A stretch of DNA of 64,000 nt from the human T2T-CHM13v2.0 reference genome, Homo sapiens: NCBI RefSeq assembly GCF_009914755.1, contig NC_060926.1. One strand, written 5' to 3'. The notes under the pieces are model-generated. The model saw nothing but the letters and a program-made list of their open reading frames with translations, ran no database searches and had not been told where the DNA came from. The position numbers were made by a program, and so were the translations under genes. Positions 33,330 to 50,652 of this stretch are shown piece after piece (position 1 is the stretch's first letter; the number at the start of each line of letters is the position of its first letter).

Positions 33330-34592
33330 ACATCAAGGGCTGCTGCCTGTGCCGCCTGGCTCTACCCCACTCTTCCTCACCACCTGCCTGGCGGGAAGGC
33401 TCCGTCCTCCCATTTGTCTTCCTGGTGGCTGAGATTTTCTCCACTCCACATCTTTCTCCTTCCAGGAGCAGGATCTTCCCTAACCCTGCCTCCAAGTCCA
33501 GATGGCAGTCAGGGATCAGGATTTAAGGAACAATTAACACCCAGTGTGATGATTTCAGATCCTGCTCCCATGACCTCCACATCCCCTAAACTGTATGGCT
33601 GCATGATCTAAACAAAATCACTAAATTTCCCAGAGCCTCGGTTTGCCTACCTGTTCAATGGGATGCAATAACATTTATTGCCCATAGCTGGTTGGGAAAA
33701 CTTAGTGAGGTGATGCGTGTAAAGCACATGGTGGCAGGGGGGGTGTCTCTGTTTCTCCTTGTTTGCTGCTGCCCTGTGGGGAGAGCAGCCCCTGCACTGA
33801 GGAACAGAGTGACCTCAAGGCCCGCAGGCCCTGGGCCTGACAACCCCACCCTCTAGAAATACAGGTGGGCATGGGAACCAAAGCAGAACAGCCGGTCAGC
33901 CATTTGCTTTCCTCTTAATGCATTAACTTCAGACACACGCAGGGTTCTCCCAAAGCCTGCCTTCTATTGGTCGTGACTTCAGTGTGCTACAACCAGTGAC
34001 ACTGCACACTGTGAAGAGCATTTCTGGATTGACTCCTGAACTTGACCTCTATTTGAGAGTGCCAAGTTTTACAACCAAATCATCTAGTGTATTGCAGTCA
34101 TCTAAATAACAGCAGCAGGTGAAATCAGTATCATTCGGGGACTCACAGGAAAGTCTGGAGCAGTGTTTCTCAAAGAGTGTTTCCCACATCTCCGATGAGG
34201 TCCAGAGAGGCCTTACTGGGCTGTCTGGAGTTTTCTAGGAGAATGTGTAAGTCTGTGTTTTCATTTGGTGCCAGCCTGTGCTGGGGGTACAGTAACAGAA
34301 AGGACAGCAGGGCCCTGTCCTCAGGAAGCTTCCAGTCTAGGGGATGTGGAGGTCATGGGAGCAGGATCTGAAATCGTCACACTGGGTGTTAATGGTTCCC
34401 TAAACCTGATCCCTGACTGTCATCTGGGCCTCAAGGCAGGGTTGGGGAAGATCCTGCTCCTGAAAGGAGAAAGATGTGGAGTGGAGAATATCTCAGCCAC
34501 CTGGGGGAAACAGGACTTCGGAGCCTTCCCGCCAGGTGGTGCTGAGGAAGTGTGGGGTAGAGGCAGGTGGCACAGGCAGCAACCTTTGGTGT
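33330..34592. repeat. Local inverted duplication: arms 33330-33593 and 34333-34592, spacer 739 bp
   Basis: Direct comparison, e.g. ctccactccacatctttctccttccaggagcaggatcttccc versus gggaagatcctgctcctgaaaggagaaagatgtggagtggag. Confidence 0.92.
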
Positions 34593-35579
34593 CCCCTCTC
34601 CCCCTGAGCCCACGCTCTCCAAGCCAGGAGGGTCATAAAGCAGCATGGGGAGAGGTCAAAGCAGGGCCCTGCCTCGACCTGATTCCCATGGGGACTCCAA
34701 GAACACCCGGCCTGCGGGCCCCACCCCAGTGGCTCTGGGACTCCCAACTTCCACCCAGGCCAGGGCAGCTGGGTAAATACAGAGACTCAAAAAGAGCCCA
34801 AGGTGACACTCAGGGTCTGCCCAGCTCCATGTGTTATGGCAGGAACCCCTAGGTACCTATTAGCTGAGGCATGGGGACCTGTCAGAGAAAGTCATTTTCA
34901 TGGGGGTAAAGGGACTCTGAAGCCAAGGGCGCAATCAGTCAATGGGACTGTTTGAGCCAAGAATCAAATGGAAGTTCCAACCAGACGTCAGGGCACCTCC
35001 AGAGCAGCCAGGACATCATCAGCCAGGGTGGAGGGCTGAGCTCCCCAGACCACAGATGATAGCAGCCACAGGCTTCTGCAACAGCCCACCAGGCTGCCCA
35101 GGGGCAGGACAAGACAGACCCACCACCTAAGCCTCCAGCAGCCAGGGCCCACCCAAGGGCAGAACAGCCACCTGCCTAGAGACCAGGTGCTCTCCTTCCC
35201 CCACCACATGTACCACCCCCACTCAGAGAGGATCAGGGGCTGAGGGGAAGAAGGGAGGTCTGCAGTGCTGACCACGTGTCCGTCAAGAGACTGTGGCATC
35301 CCCAAGAGACAATGCTAGCCAGTAGAAACAAAGGGGCTGCATTCTCTTTGCACCTTGGGTGCAGTGTGCTCATGTGGGCTTTAAGAATTCATGTAATTAG
35401 CACCACAGGCTAATGATAACCCCTCCCTAGATTAAAAGACAGTCCCATCATCTCCAGCATCTGGCCCCTTGGAGAAGAGTTTGCAGAAGGAAGAAAAGAA
35501 GACCAGAGAACATTCTCTATAAGGCCCTTTGCAGGGAAGAAAGCTCAGCTCCTGCCTTGGAAGCAAAGCTGTAGGAAAG

Positions 35580-36504
<925 letters not shown>

Positions 36505-37506
36505 GCTGTGGGGACAGAGGCCTGGGCCGTGTCTGTGAACAGCATGCCGGAGTGGACATGGGCCAGGAGGAGGCACAGTGAGCCGTGGGGACACCCCGTG
36601 CTGTTCACAGGGCTGGGCACCCAGAGCACGGAGCAGAGCGGCTTTCTTCTTCCCCAGGCTGCTGAGCCTATGCTGAGTGTGTGTGGAGGGCGCAGAGGGC
36701 CGTTTGTTGGGGCTGGGAGCTAGCCCACTCTGCCGTCTCAGAGCAGATACAGCCATCAATTACCCCAGCATGTGCAAGAAGGATGCCATTGTCCACACGC
36801 TGGGGCTGGGTTTGGAGCGCACTTGGAGACGGAGATCTGGGTGCAAGTGGATTATGGGGGTGCCCTGGAGACCAGCCCCCGCCAGGGGTGAGGGCAGTGG
36901 GAATGAGCAGTAAAGGCCTCAGCCAGGCTCACAGGCAGCTCTGAGTCTGCGCGGCTGCACAGCAGCCTGAATCAGGCAGGTGGCCCTGACGTTACCTGGC
37001 ATAGCAATCAGCCACTAAAGCAGGTGGCACGGGAGGAGCATGAGCTTACGCCAGGCAGCCCCCTCCAGGTGAGTCCTGGGAGGCGATGCCTGTGCCTCTG
37101 TCTTGGAGGGGGAGTTTGGGGCGCCCCCCCACCACAGCATTCACACGCACCATGCTGGGCTTCCCGGCCAGGCCCCAGGCTTGCCCGCAGAGGTGAGCCC
37201 GGCTGGGGTGGGGCCTTACACCTGGTGCCTGTGTCAGCCTCCCCTGGATGGGATTTGGAGTTTCAGTGGATACCAACACCCATGGAGGGCCCACGATGAC
37301 CTGCTTTCCAATTAAGTGAACACCTCAAAGTCCCTTCCGGCGTAAACAATCTCTGATTCCTTGATTTAATCCTCCACAGTTAAAGGAACCTCTGCACTAA
37401 TGGGCTTGAGTGACGTCTTTTTGCACAGTAATACGTGGTCGTATAACCCCCACAACGTGTCTCTAAATCCATGTAACAGTCACTGCTCTCAATAGTGATC
37501 ACAGTT

Positions 37507-37910
37507 GTGCAGAATTGAGATCTGAATGCTGGTTGTGGTTGTGCAGAGCTGACATCTGAATGCTGGTTGTGGTTGTGCAGAGCTGACATCTGAACGCTGG
37601 TTTTGGTTGTGCAGACCTGAGATCTGAATGCTGGTTTCGGCTGTGCAGAGATGAGATCTGAATGCTGGTTTCGGCTGTGCAGAGATGATATCTGAATGCT
37701 GGTTTCGGCTGTGCAGACCTGAGACCTGAATGCTGGTTTCGGCTGTGCAGAGATGAGATCTGAATGCTAGTTTCAGCTGTGCAGAGATGAGATCTGAATG
37801 CTGGTTTCGGCTGTGCAGACCTGAGATCTGAATGCTGGTTTCGGCTGTGCAGAGCTGAGATCTGAATGCTGATTTCAGCTGTGCAGACCTGAGATCTGAA
37901 TGCTGGTTTC
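37507..37910. repeat. Minisatellite, 34-bp unit x ~12
   Basis: Unit gtgcagagatgagatctgaatgctggtttcggct, period 34. Confidence 0.97.
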
Positions 37911-38278
37911 TACAGTGGATTTGTCACATTCACACGTAGCGGGGCTTGGGACTTGAACGTATCTTTTTGGAGGGACACAATTCAACCCATAACACGCCCC
38001 TCCTGGGCACCTGCACCTGGTGGCGGCCCACACTGTGGATAAAGGCCTGGCCCCAGGCTCCACTCGGGACAACCCTGAAGGGGTGTGCCAGCTCCAGAGC
38101 TTCCCCAGGGACCAGCGGTTAGGGCATCACTGCCCGACGACTCCCTCTACCCCACTGGCTTTCCTTCTCTCCCTTCACAGACCCTAAACCCAAGAGCACT
38201 GCCCCGCCACCAATAAACACTCTTCTGTCTCTGAGTGAGCTTCCCCGGGGACCCAACCTGCATCAGGGACTCACCTAT

Positions 38279-38530
38279 GTGGGGACATGGCCCATGCTGA
38301 CGCGTGGCCTGGGGGACATGCCCCATGTTGAAGCATGGGTTGGGGGACACGGGGCCCATGCTGACGCGTGGGTTGGGGGACATGGCCCATGCCGACGCAT
38401 GGCCTGGGGGACATGCCCCATGCTGAAGCGTGGGTTGGGGGACACAGGCCCATGCTGACACGTGGGTTGGGGGACACAGGCCCATGCCGACGTGTGGCCT
38501 GGGGGACACAGGCCCATGCTGATGTGTGGC
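38279..38530. repeat. GC-rich minisatellite, ~30-32-bp unit x ~8
   Basis: Unit gggggacayggcccatgctgacgcgtggg(tt/cc). Confidence 0.95.
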
Positions 38531-39595
38531 TGTGAAACTAACACATCACCCAAGGCCTCCAGGTGAGGGTCCCCTCATAGCCACGCTGTGACAGGACGAG
38601 GTTGTTCCAGAACGTTTCAGAGGCTACCCCTAGGCAGCCATCTCCAGACTCCATTGATGAGCAGCCTTGGGAACCTCCCCCCACCCCACTGTGCCCCACC
38701 CGCGTCTGATGATCCTCCCGGTCTGTAAACCTTGGCCCGGCCGACTTTAAGCAATTGTCAGTTATGTACTCACTTCTGCCTCCAAGACGTCAGTCAGCCT
38801 CTACTGTACACGGCTCACACTGGGCGCCAAGGACGTGCAGCTCACGGTCATGGCCCTGACCTCGAGTGGCTCAGACTCGGTGGGAATGAAGACAAACACA
38901 CAGCTTTCCATGACACAGAGTGACGGGTGTGGGAGAGGCAGCCGCCGGCTGCCGTGGGAATCCAGAGAAATGAGACTCAATCCAGACCCGGTCCACGCAG
39001 GTGCCTCAGAGACAGTGAGGGGGATGGTGGTCCTGGGAGGGGCACACTGTGGCTGCTCCTGCACAGCCAGGGAGCTACAGGGGTTTCCACGTGGCCAGGC
39101 GCAGCAGGGAGGCAGGCACCTGATTGTGAAATGAACAACTATTGAGCTCCATAGGTTACTAAACTAGTTGGAGGCAGCTATCCCCAGTACTACTCGGGCC
39201 ACAATACAATGCCTGATACTTTTGGTGGCTGTGGATCTGTACCGTGTTTAGCACACGGCCTGGGAGTTAGGACCCTCCCTCTCCCCTTTTCTGGTCTGGA
39301 GGTTTCACCTGAACCCTATTCATTCCACATGGGGGGCTGATTTTTTTGATCAGATCAGTCCTGGGTCTTCACCAGCTCATCTGACTGGTCTGCCAAAGTT
39401 ACTTCAACTTTAATTTATGAATTCTGTGACCATATTCCTCACATCACAGGATTTCCAATCTTCAGATAAGAGAGGGAGGGTAAAAACCTTTGGGTCAATT
39501 TAGTTAGGTTTACACTTTGAGAACTAGAAAATTTCTAACCAGGGAAAGTGAAAGAACGTGAGAGCCTCGGCACAGGTCAAATGCAAAAACACCTA

Positions 39596-40651
<1,056 letters not shown>

Positions 40652-41824
40652 TTAAGTAATTTTGAAATGATTAAGGAGGTGGGGAAGAAAACTAATTGCT
40701 GGCAACCAGCACGTGGTCACTGAGGACCGATCGCCTTTCACTTTGACGAGGTCGTTAGATCAACAGCCCTGGAAAATGTTATGGGCTCCATGTTCTCGTC
40801 TTTATTGTAGAAAAAAAAATGTACATCTTTCCACAATTCTTTGTAAAAACAGAAGAAAAAGAAGGAGGAGGAGAAAGGGGGGGAGGAGCCTAGAGCTAGG
40901 CAATGTCAGATGGTAACAGAAGGCTTCAGTGTAAGGCTGAGGTCCCCTGAAGTCTCCACACCACACTCCCCAGCCTCAATCCCCCAGGTGTCTACAGGTC
41001 CATGAAGGTGCTGCTGGGGTCTGTCAGCTAAACACGGCATCTCAAAAGGCCTAATGGAAAGCGTACTCTTACCCACAGGCTAGCTAACATGTCATTTCGG
41101 CACGGTGTAATTGAAGGGGACTGGGCTCTTGTTCTGTCCAAGACGCATGGGCTTGAGTCAGTTATAAAACCTCTCTGGGCATTTTTATTTCCAGCAAGAG
41201 GAAAATCTACAAAATCTGAAAATCCTGTGGCCAGAAAACACCTAGAAATCCTGGAAAATTTATCCCGAATATCCTGTTAAATACATGGCGGGGCACACAT
41301 CAGTAAGAGAGCCCCAGTGGACAGAAGCAAAGAAGAAGCTGCGGATTCAGCTGCTGCCCTTGGGGATATTTGCCAAGCTCAGGAACAGAGAGCCTCGGTT
41401 TCCACAGCCATCCGGGCACTGGACACCAAACCCGGGGCCTGCACGAGGCAGGGACTTGGAAGTGAGACTTCCTGGAAATGCAGGACCCTTGGAGGCCATA
41501 CCCTCAGTGATAGAATGAGGTAAAACAGAAATTAATAAAAAGAAATGACAAGGAAACATGTGTCTCAACTCCCGGGCTCTGAGTGGGATAGAGCATCCCC
41601 TGAGAATCCATACCTGGCCTCATTGGGTTTGGGTTTGAATTGATACCATTTGGTCTGGGAAACCAAAGTCAAGAAATTAGCTAAGAGTGGTCTTAGGTTG
41701 ATAGTCCCCCAGATGCTTGACAGAAACAAATGTAAAATCTCTCTGGAGAAACACGTCCTCAAACCAAGGTGTGTAGGATTTCCAAGATAAAGCCCAGCTG
41801 TGTACTATAAAATTAACCTTTATT

Positions 41825-43650
<1,826 letters not shown>

Positions 43651-44364
43651 TCAGACTCAGGAACTCAACCTAAAGCATGATCCCACACCTGAACACACCA
43701 CAATGAAACTACAATAGACCAAAGACAAAGGCACACACTGAAAATCCACCAGAAAGGGCAGACCGCTTCAGAACACTGCGTAGCAGGCAGACAGCTTGAC
43801 TTCTCATGGGGGTATCGGAAACCAGAATACAAAGGAATATTGCTTTCAAAGCAGTAAGTCAAAATTATTGTCAAAGTGGGACTGACTGCCTGTCTACTGA
43901 AATTATCATTCAGGAATGATGGGAAAATAAAGATATTTACAGGCAAAAAGAAACTAAATGAATTTATTAAGAGATCTTCAATTAAAAAGTTTATTAAGAA
44001 AGTGCTTCAAAAAGAAGAAAATTGAACGCAGAAGGAAGGCCTGAGATGAGCAAAGAAAGGGGTAAAAAATATACCAATAAAGTTAAAAAAAAAAAACCAC
44101 TGACTAGAAAAAACACATAACTAATTTAAGGTGAAATAAAAACAAGGTGAAACTAAAATATTGGTCAAAAATAACATGCAAAATAGGATAACGTGATTCT
44201 AGTAAAAGCATTCTAAAATTTTTGTATTTCAGACAAAATGGGAGAAGGATAGAAAAATTGTAGAATTGCAGAAATTAAGTACACACATTTGAATTTTCAA
44301 ACACCACTAAAAAATTGGCAATTTTCAAAGAGATAAGAAAGAGAAATACAGTTTATAATTTTCA

Positions 44365-44810
<446 letters not shown>

Positions 44811-45200
44811 AGCAAGAGGAAATTGAATTTTCAAAAAGCAGAGTAAACAGGAAGTACAACATAAGATTGAGGGAAAATTTAAGGAATCAGTAATTATAAT
44901 AAATGTAAATGAAAACAATTGCTAGTTAAATGACAGAAATTCTCTGGCTGAATTTTTTTTAGAACAGCCTTATGCTGCTTACAAGAAACACAACTAAAAC
45001 TAAGGATTCAGATTTAAAATAAACTGATGGGAAAAAATATAGCACACGAATACTTATCAAAAGAAAAGCTATGTAAATATATTAACAGGAAAAACAAAAA
45101 CAAAAAGTTGTGCTTTATAAGCCAACAAACTTACTGTGTAATGATGGAACAGCAGAAGGTATAACAGTCATGAAGCTGATACATCAAAAAACAGCCTCAA

Positions 45201-45313
45201 CAGGAGAATGGCATGAACCCAGGAGGCGGAGCTTGCAGTGAGCCGAGATCGCGCCACTGCACTCCAGCCTGGGTGACACAGCCAGACTCCCTCTCAAAAA
45301 AAAAAAAAAAAAA
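45201..45313 (+). mobile_element. 5'-truncated AluY-like insertion
   Basis: Begins caggagaatggcatgaacc, has an A18 tail and a perfect TSD aaaaaacagcctcaa. Confidence 0.92.
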
Positions 45314-45511
45314 ACAGCCTCAAAATATAGAAAACACACCCTTTCAGGACACTGTTTCTTTGTCCGCAGAAGGAGAATTAGACACACTGAATGAACAGAA
45401 TCATGAGCACTCAGTGAGATGCCAAACGTGAAAGTGAGTCATTAAATCAGAAAGTGCTACCTAGAGTAGGCGGTCATTATGAAGGAGAAAAATACCCACT
45501 GTGTGCTGCAG

Positions 45512-45801
45512 AGAGCAGGCCTGGCCCGGGGAACAGGCTAAATACAGCAGGGCTCCTAGAAGACAGGCTAGGTAGAGCGATTCTGGCCTAGAACACAGAC
45601 TAGACAGAGCAGGGCTCCAGGAAGACAAGTTAGATGGAGCAGGGCTCCTGGGAGACAGGCTAGATAGCGCGGGGTTCCTGGAAGACAGGCTAGATGGCGC
45701 TCAGCTCCTGGCAGACAGGATAGATGGCGCAAGGCTCCTGGCAGACAGGATAGATGGCGCACGGCTCCCGGAAGACGGGATAGAGGGAGAAGGGCTTCTG
45801 G
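45512..45801. repeat. Degenerate minisatellite, 30-bp unit x ~9
   Basis: tagatggcgcaaggctcctggcagacagga-type units in exact 30-bp phase from 45601 to 45800. Confidence 0.9.
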
Positions 45802-46243
45802 ACCACTTGAGGTCAAGGGTCCTTTGAATCCTACAGAGTCTCTCCCCACCCCCAAAATGCACACCTGCAGGGAACATACCACCAGTATCAAGGGTTTCAC
45901 AGACACCCTAAAGGACATCCTTGAAATTCTTCAGTGTTCCTAGGGCTCCTGATATAAACAGTTGAAGGCAAGACATCCAGAAGCCATGTCATGGGAGGAA
46001 AGTTGAAAGAGATGAGGCCTCATCTTGGAGAAAAGTTGCCTCCTTAGGGTGCTGAGAGACATCCTCAATTACTTGGAGAGCTATCATGAGTGAGGGGTGT
46101 TGTTCTCAGTGGTTCTAAGGGTCAGAGTTGAGGCCACTCAGTGAGGCTCATGGTGGTGTGTCTGTTCCTGTCTAAGAAAAGTATTTCCAAAGGGAGAGCA
46201 CTGGCATGACATGAAGTGATGAAAACGGTGCAGCAAAAGTACA

Positions 46244-46505
46244 GTGAGGAAGGAAGGAAGGAAGGAAGGAAGGTGAGGAAGGAAAGAAGGAAGTACGGTG
46301 AGGAAGGAAGGAAGTATGGCAAGGAAGGAAGGAAGGAAGGTGAGGAAGGAAAGAAGGAAGTACGGTGAGGAAGGAAGTATGGTGAGGAAGGAAGGAAGGA
46401 AGGTGAGGAAGGAAGGACGGCGAGGAAGGAAGGACAGTGAGGAAGGAAGGACGGCAAGGAAGGATGGATGGATGGCAAGGAAGGAAGGAAGGAAGTACGG
46501 CAAGG
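46244..46505. repeat. (GGAA)n-rich purine tract with gtacggtga interruptions
   Basis: Seen directly in the sequence. Confidence 0.95.
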
Positions 46506-46616
46506 ATGCTGCAGGAGGGAGCGCTGCTGCTAGGGGAATGCTGGTCCCGACTTCTAGCTCCCTTCCAACTCCCTAGAATGCAAGGATCAACAGCGAAGGA
46601 TCACGTGTGGGGATAT

Positions 46617-48285
46617 TCTCTCCCTCCTTTCCTTCCTTTCTTCCTTCCTTCCCTCCCTCCCTCCTTCCTTCCCTTCCTCCTTTCTTCCTTCCTTCCCTCC
46701 TTTCTTTCCTTCCTCCCCTTCTTCCTTCTTTCCTTCCCTTTTTCCTTCCTTCCTTTCTTCCTTCCTCTCCTTCTTCCTTCCTTCCCTTCGCCCTTCCTTT
46801 CTTCCTCCTTCCTTTCTTCCTTCCTTCCCTCCCTTCCTTTCTTCCTTCTTTCCCTCCCTCCTTCCTTTCTTCCTTCCCTCCCTCCTTCCTTCCCTCCCTC
46901 CTTCCTTCCCTCCCTCCTTCCTTCCCTCCCTCCTTCCTTCCCTCCCTCCTTCCTTCCTTCCCTCCTTCCTTCCTTCCCTCCCTCCTTCCTTCCCTTCTTC
47001 CCTCCTTCCTTCCCTCCCTCCTTCCTTCCTTCCCTCCCTCCTTCCTTCCTTCCCTCCCTCCTTCCTTCCCTTCTTCCCTCCTTCCTTCCCTCCCTCCTTC
47101 CTTCCTTCCCTCCCTCCTTCCTTCCCTCCCTCCTTCCTTCCCTCCCTCCTTCCCTCCCTCCTTCCTTCCTTCCCTCCTTCCTTCCTTCCCTCCCTCCTTC
47201 CTTCCCTTCTTCCCTCCTTACTTCCCTCCCTCCTTCCTTCCTTCCTTCCCTCCCTCCTTCCTTCCTTCCCTCCCTCCTTCCTTCCCTCCCTCCTTCCCTC
47301 CCTCCTTCCTTCCCTCCCTCCTTCCTTCCTTCCCTCCCTCCTTCCTTCCCTCCCTCCTTCCTTCCCTTCTTCCCTCCTTACTTCCCTCCCTCCTTCCTTC
47401 CTTCCTTCCCTCCCTCCTTCCTTCCTTCCCTCCCTCCTTCCTTCCCTCCCTCCTTCCCTCCCTCCTTCCTTCCTTCCCTCCTTCCTTCCCTCCCTCCTTC
47501 CTTCCTTCCCTCCCTCCTTCCTTCCCTCCCTCCTTCCTTCCCTTCTTCCCTCCTTCCTTCCCTCCCTCCTTCCTTCCTTCCTTCCCTCCCTCCTTCCTTC
47601 CTTCCCTCCCTCCTTCCCTCCCTCCTTCCTTCCTTCCCTCCTTCCTTCCTTCCTTCCCTCCCTCCTTCCTTCCCTTCTTCCCTCCTTACTTCCCTCCCTC
47701 CTTCCTTCCTTCCTTCCCTCCCTCCTTCCTTCCTTCCCTCCCTCCTTCCTTCCCTCCCTCCTTCCCTCCCTCCTTCCTTCCCTCCCTCCTTCCTTCCTTC
47801 CCTCCCTCCTTCCTTCCCTCCCTCCTTCCTTCCCTTCTTCCCTCCTTACTTCCCTCCCTCCTTCCTTCCTTCCTTCCTTCCCTCCCTCCTTCCTTCCTTC
47901 CCTCCTTCCTTCCCTCCCTCCTTCCCTCCCTCCTTCCTTCCTTCCCTTCCTTCCCTCCCTCCTTCCTTCCTTCCCTCCCTCCTTCCTTCCCTCCCTCCTT
48001 CCTTCCCTTCTTCCCTCCTTCCTTCCCTCCCTCCTTCCTTCCCTCCCTCCTTCCCTCCCTCCTTCCTTCCTTCCCTCCTTCCTTCCCTCCCTCCTTCCTT
48101 CCTTCCCTCCTTCCCTCCTTCCTTCCTCCCCACCTTTCTTCCTTCCTTCCTCCTCCCCTTTCTTCTTTCCTTCTTCCTTCCTTCTTCCCTCCCTCCCTCT
48201 GTCCTTTCTCCCCTCCTTCCTTCTTCCTTCCTTCCTTTCCCCTTCCTTCCTTCCTTTCCCCTTCCTTCCTTCCTTCCTTTCTTCC
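46617..48285. repeat. ~1.67-kb (TTCC/CTCC)n polypyrimidine tract
   Basis: Almost purely C/T on the plus strand. Confidence 0.98.
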
Positions 48286-48733
48286 ACAACTGTTTACAGA
48301 GCACCTACCACATGCCAGGAGCCATTCTAGCTGGAGATGCGCCAATGACCTTTTACTCTACTGCAGGAAACAGAGAATGAACAAGATAATTGGAGACTTT
48401 TAAATGTTATGAAGAAAACAGAGGAATGAGACCAAGTCTCCCAGAAAGCTAGATGGAGGCCTGGTTATTAGAAAGCCATTAAAAAGAATGGTTTGAGCTG
48501 GGACCTGAATGACCAGAGCCACGACAGATCAGAGTTCTGGGGTCCCGCAGGCCCAAAGGTGGGAGAGGGGAGCAGCCTGGAGAGGCTGGAGCATGCTCAA
48601 AGGTGGGAGGGGGGAGCAGCCTGGAGAAGCTGGAGCACAGGGAGAGGAAGGCACAATCATGAGGCTATGAGAAAATTTAATTTCCTTTCCCTTGGGATGA
48701 TCTTGTGTTGGCTTAAATGAGACCCAAGGCTTT

Positions 48734-50279
<1,546 letters not shown>

Positions 50280-50346
50280 AAATGAGATCCAATGCTTTGA
50301 TAGCTAAGACCTATATAATTGAGACAGTGAAAATTAGCCATGCTGA

Positions 50347-50652
50347 GGCCAGGCGCAGTGGCTCACACCTGTAATCCCAGCACTCTGGGAGGCCAAGGTG
50401 GGCAGATCACTTGAGGTCAGGAGTTTGAGACCAGCCTGGCCAACGTGGTAAAACCCCGTCTCTACCAAAAATACAAAAATTAACAAGGTGTGGTGGTGCG
50501 TGCTTGTAGTCCCAGCTGCTTGGGAGGCTGAGGCAGGAGAATCGCTGGAACCCAGGAGGTAGAGGTTTCAGTGAGCCAACATTGCGCCACTGCACTCCAG
50601 CTTGGGCAACAGAGTGAGACGTGAGGCCCTGGCTCAAAAAAAAAAAAAAAAA
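50347..50652 (+). mobile_element. AluS
   Basis: Alu consensus with TSD aat(t/g)agccatgctg. Confidence 0.95.

Noticed and set aside
32859-34852. 250-aa and 195-aa ORFs as genes
   Set aside because: Non-ATG starts and no recognisable domains. The similarity among ORFs here is explained by the inverted duplication.
37507-38530. CRISPR-like arrays
   Set aside because: These are tandem repeats with no unique spacers, no cas genes, and a eukaryotic context.
46437-48403. 647/598/566-aa ORFs
   Set aside because: Artefacts of the C/T-only tract, which is almost free of stop codons. The translations are low-complexity PSFL/GRKE and begin at non-ATG codons.
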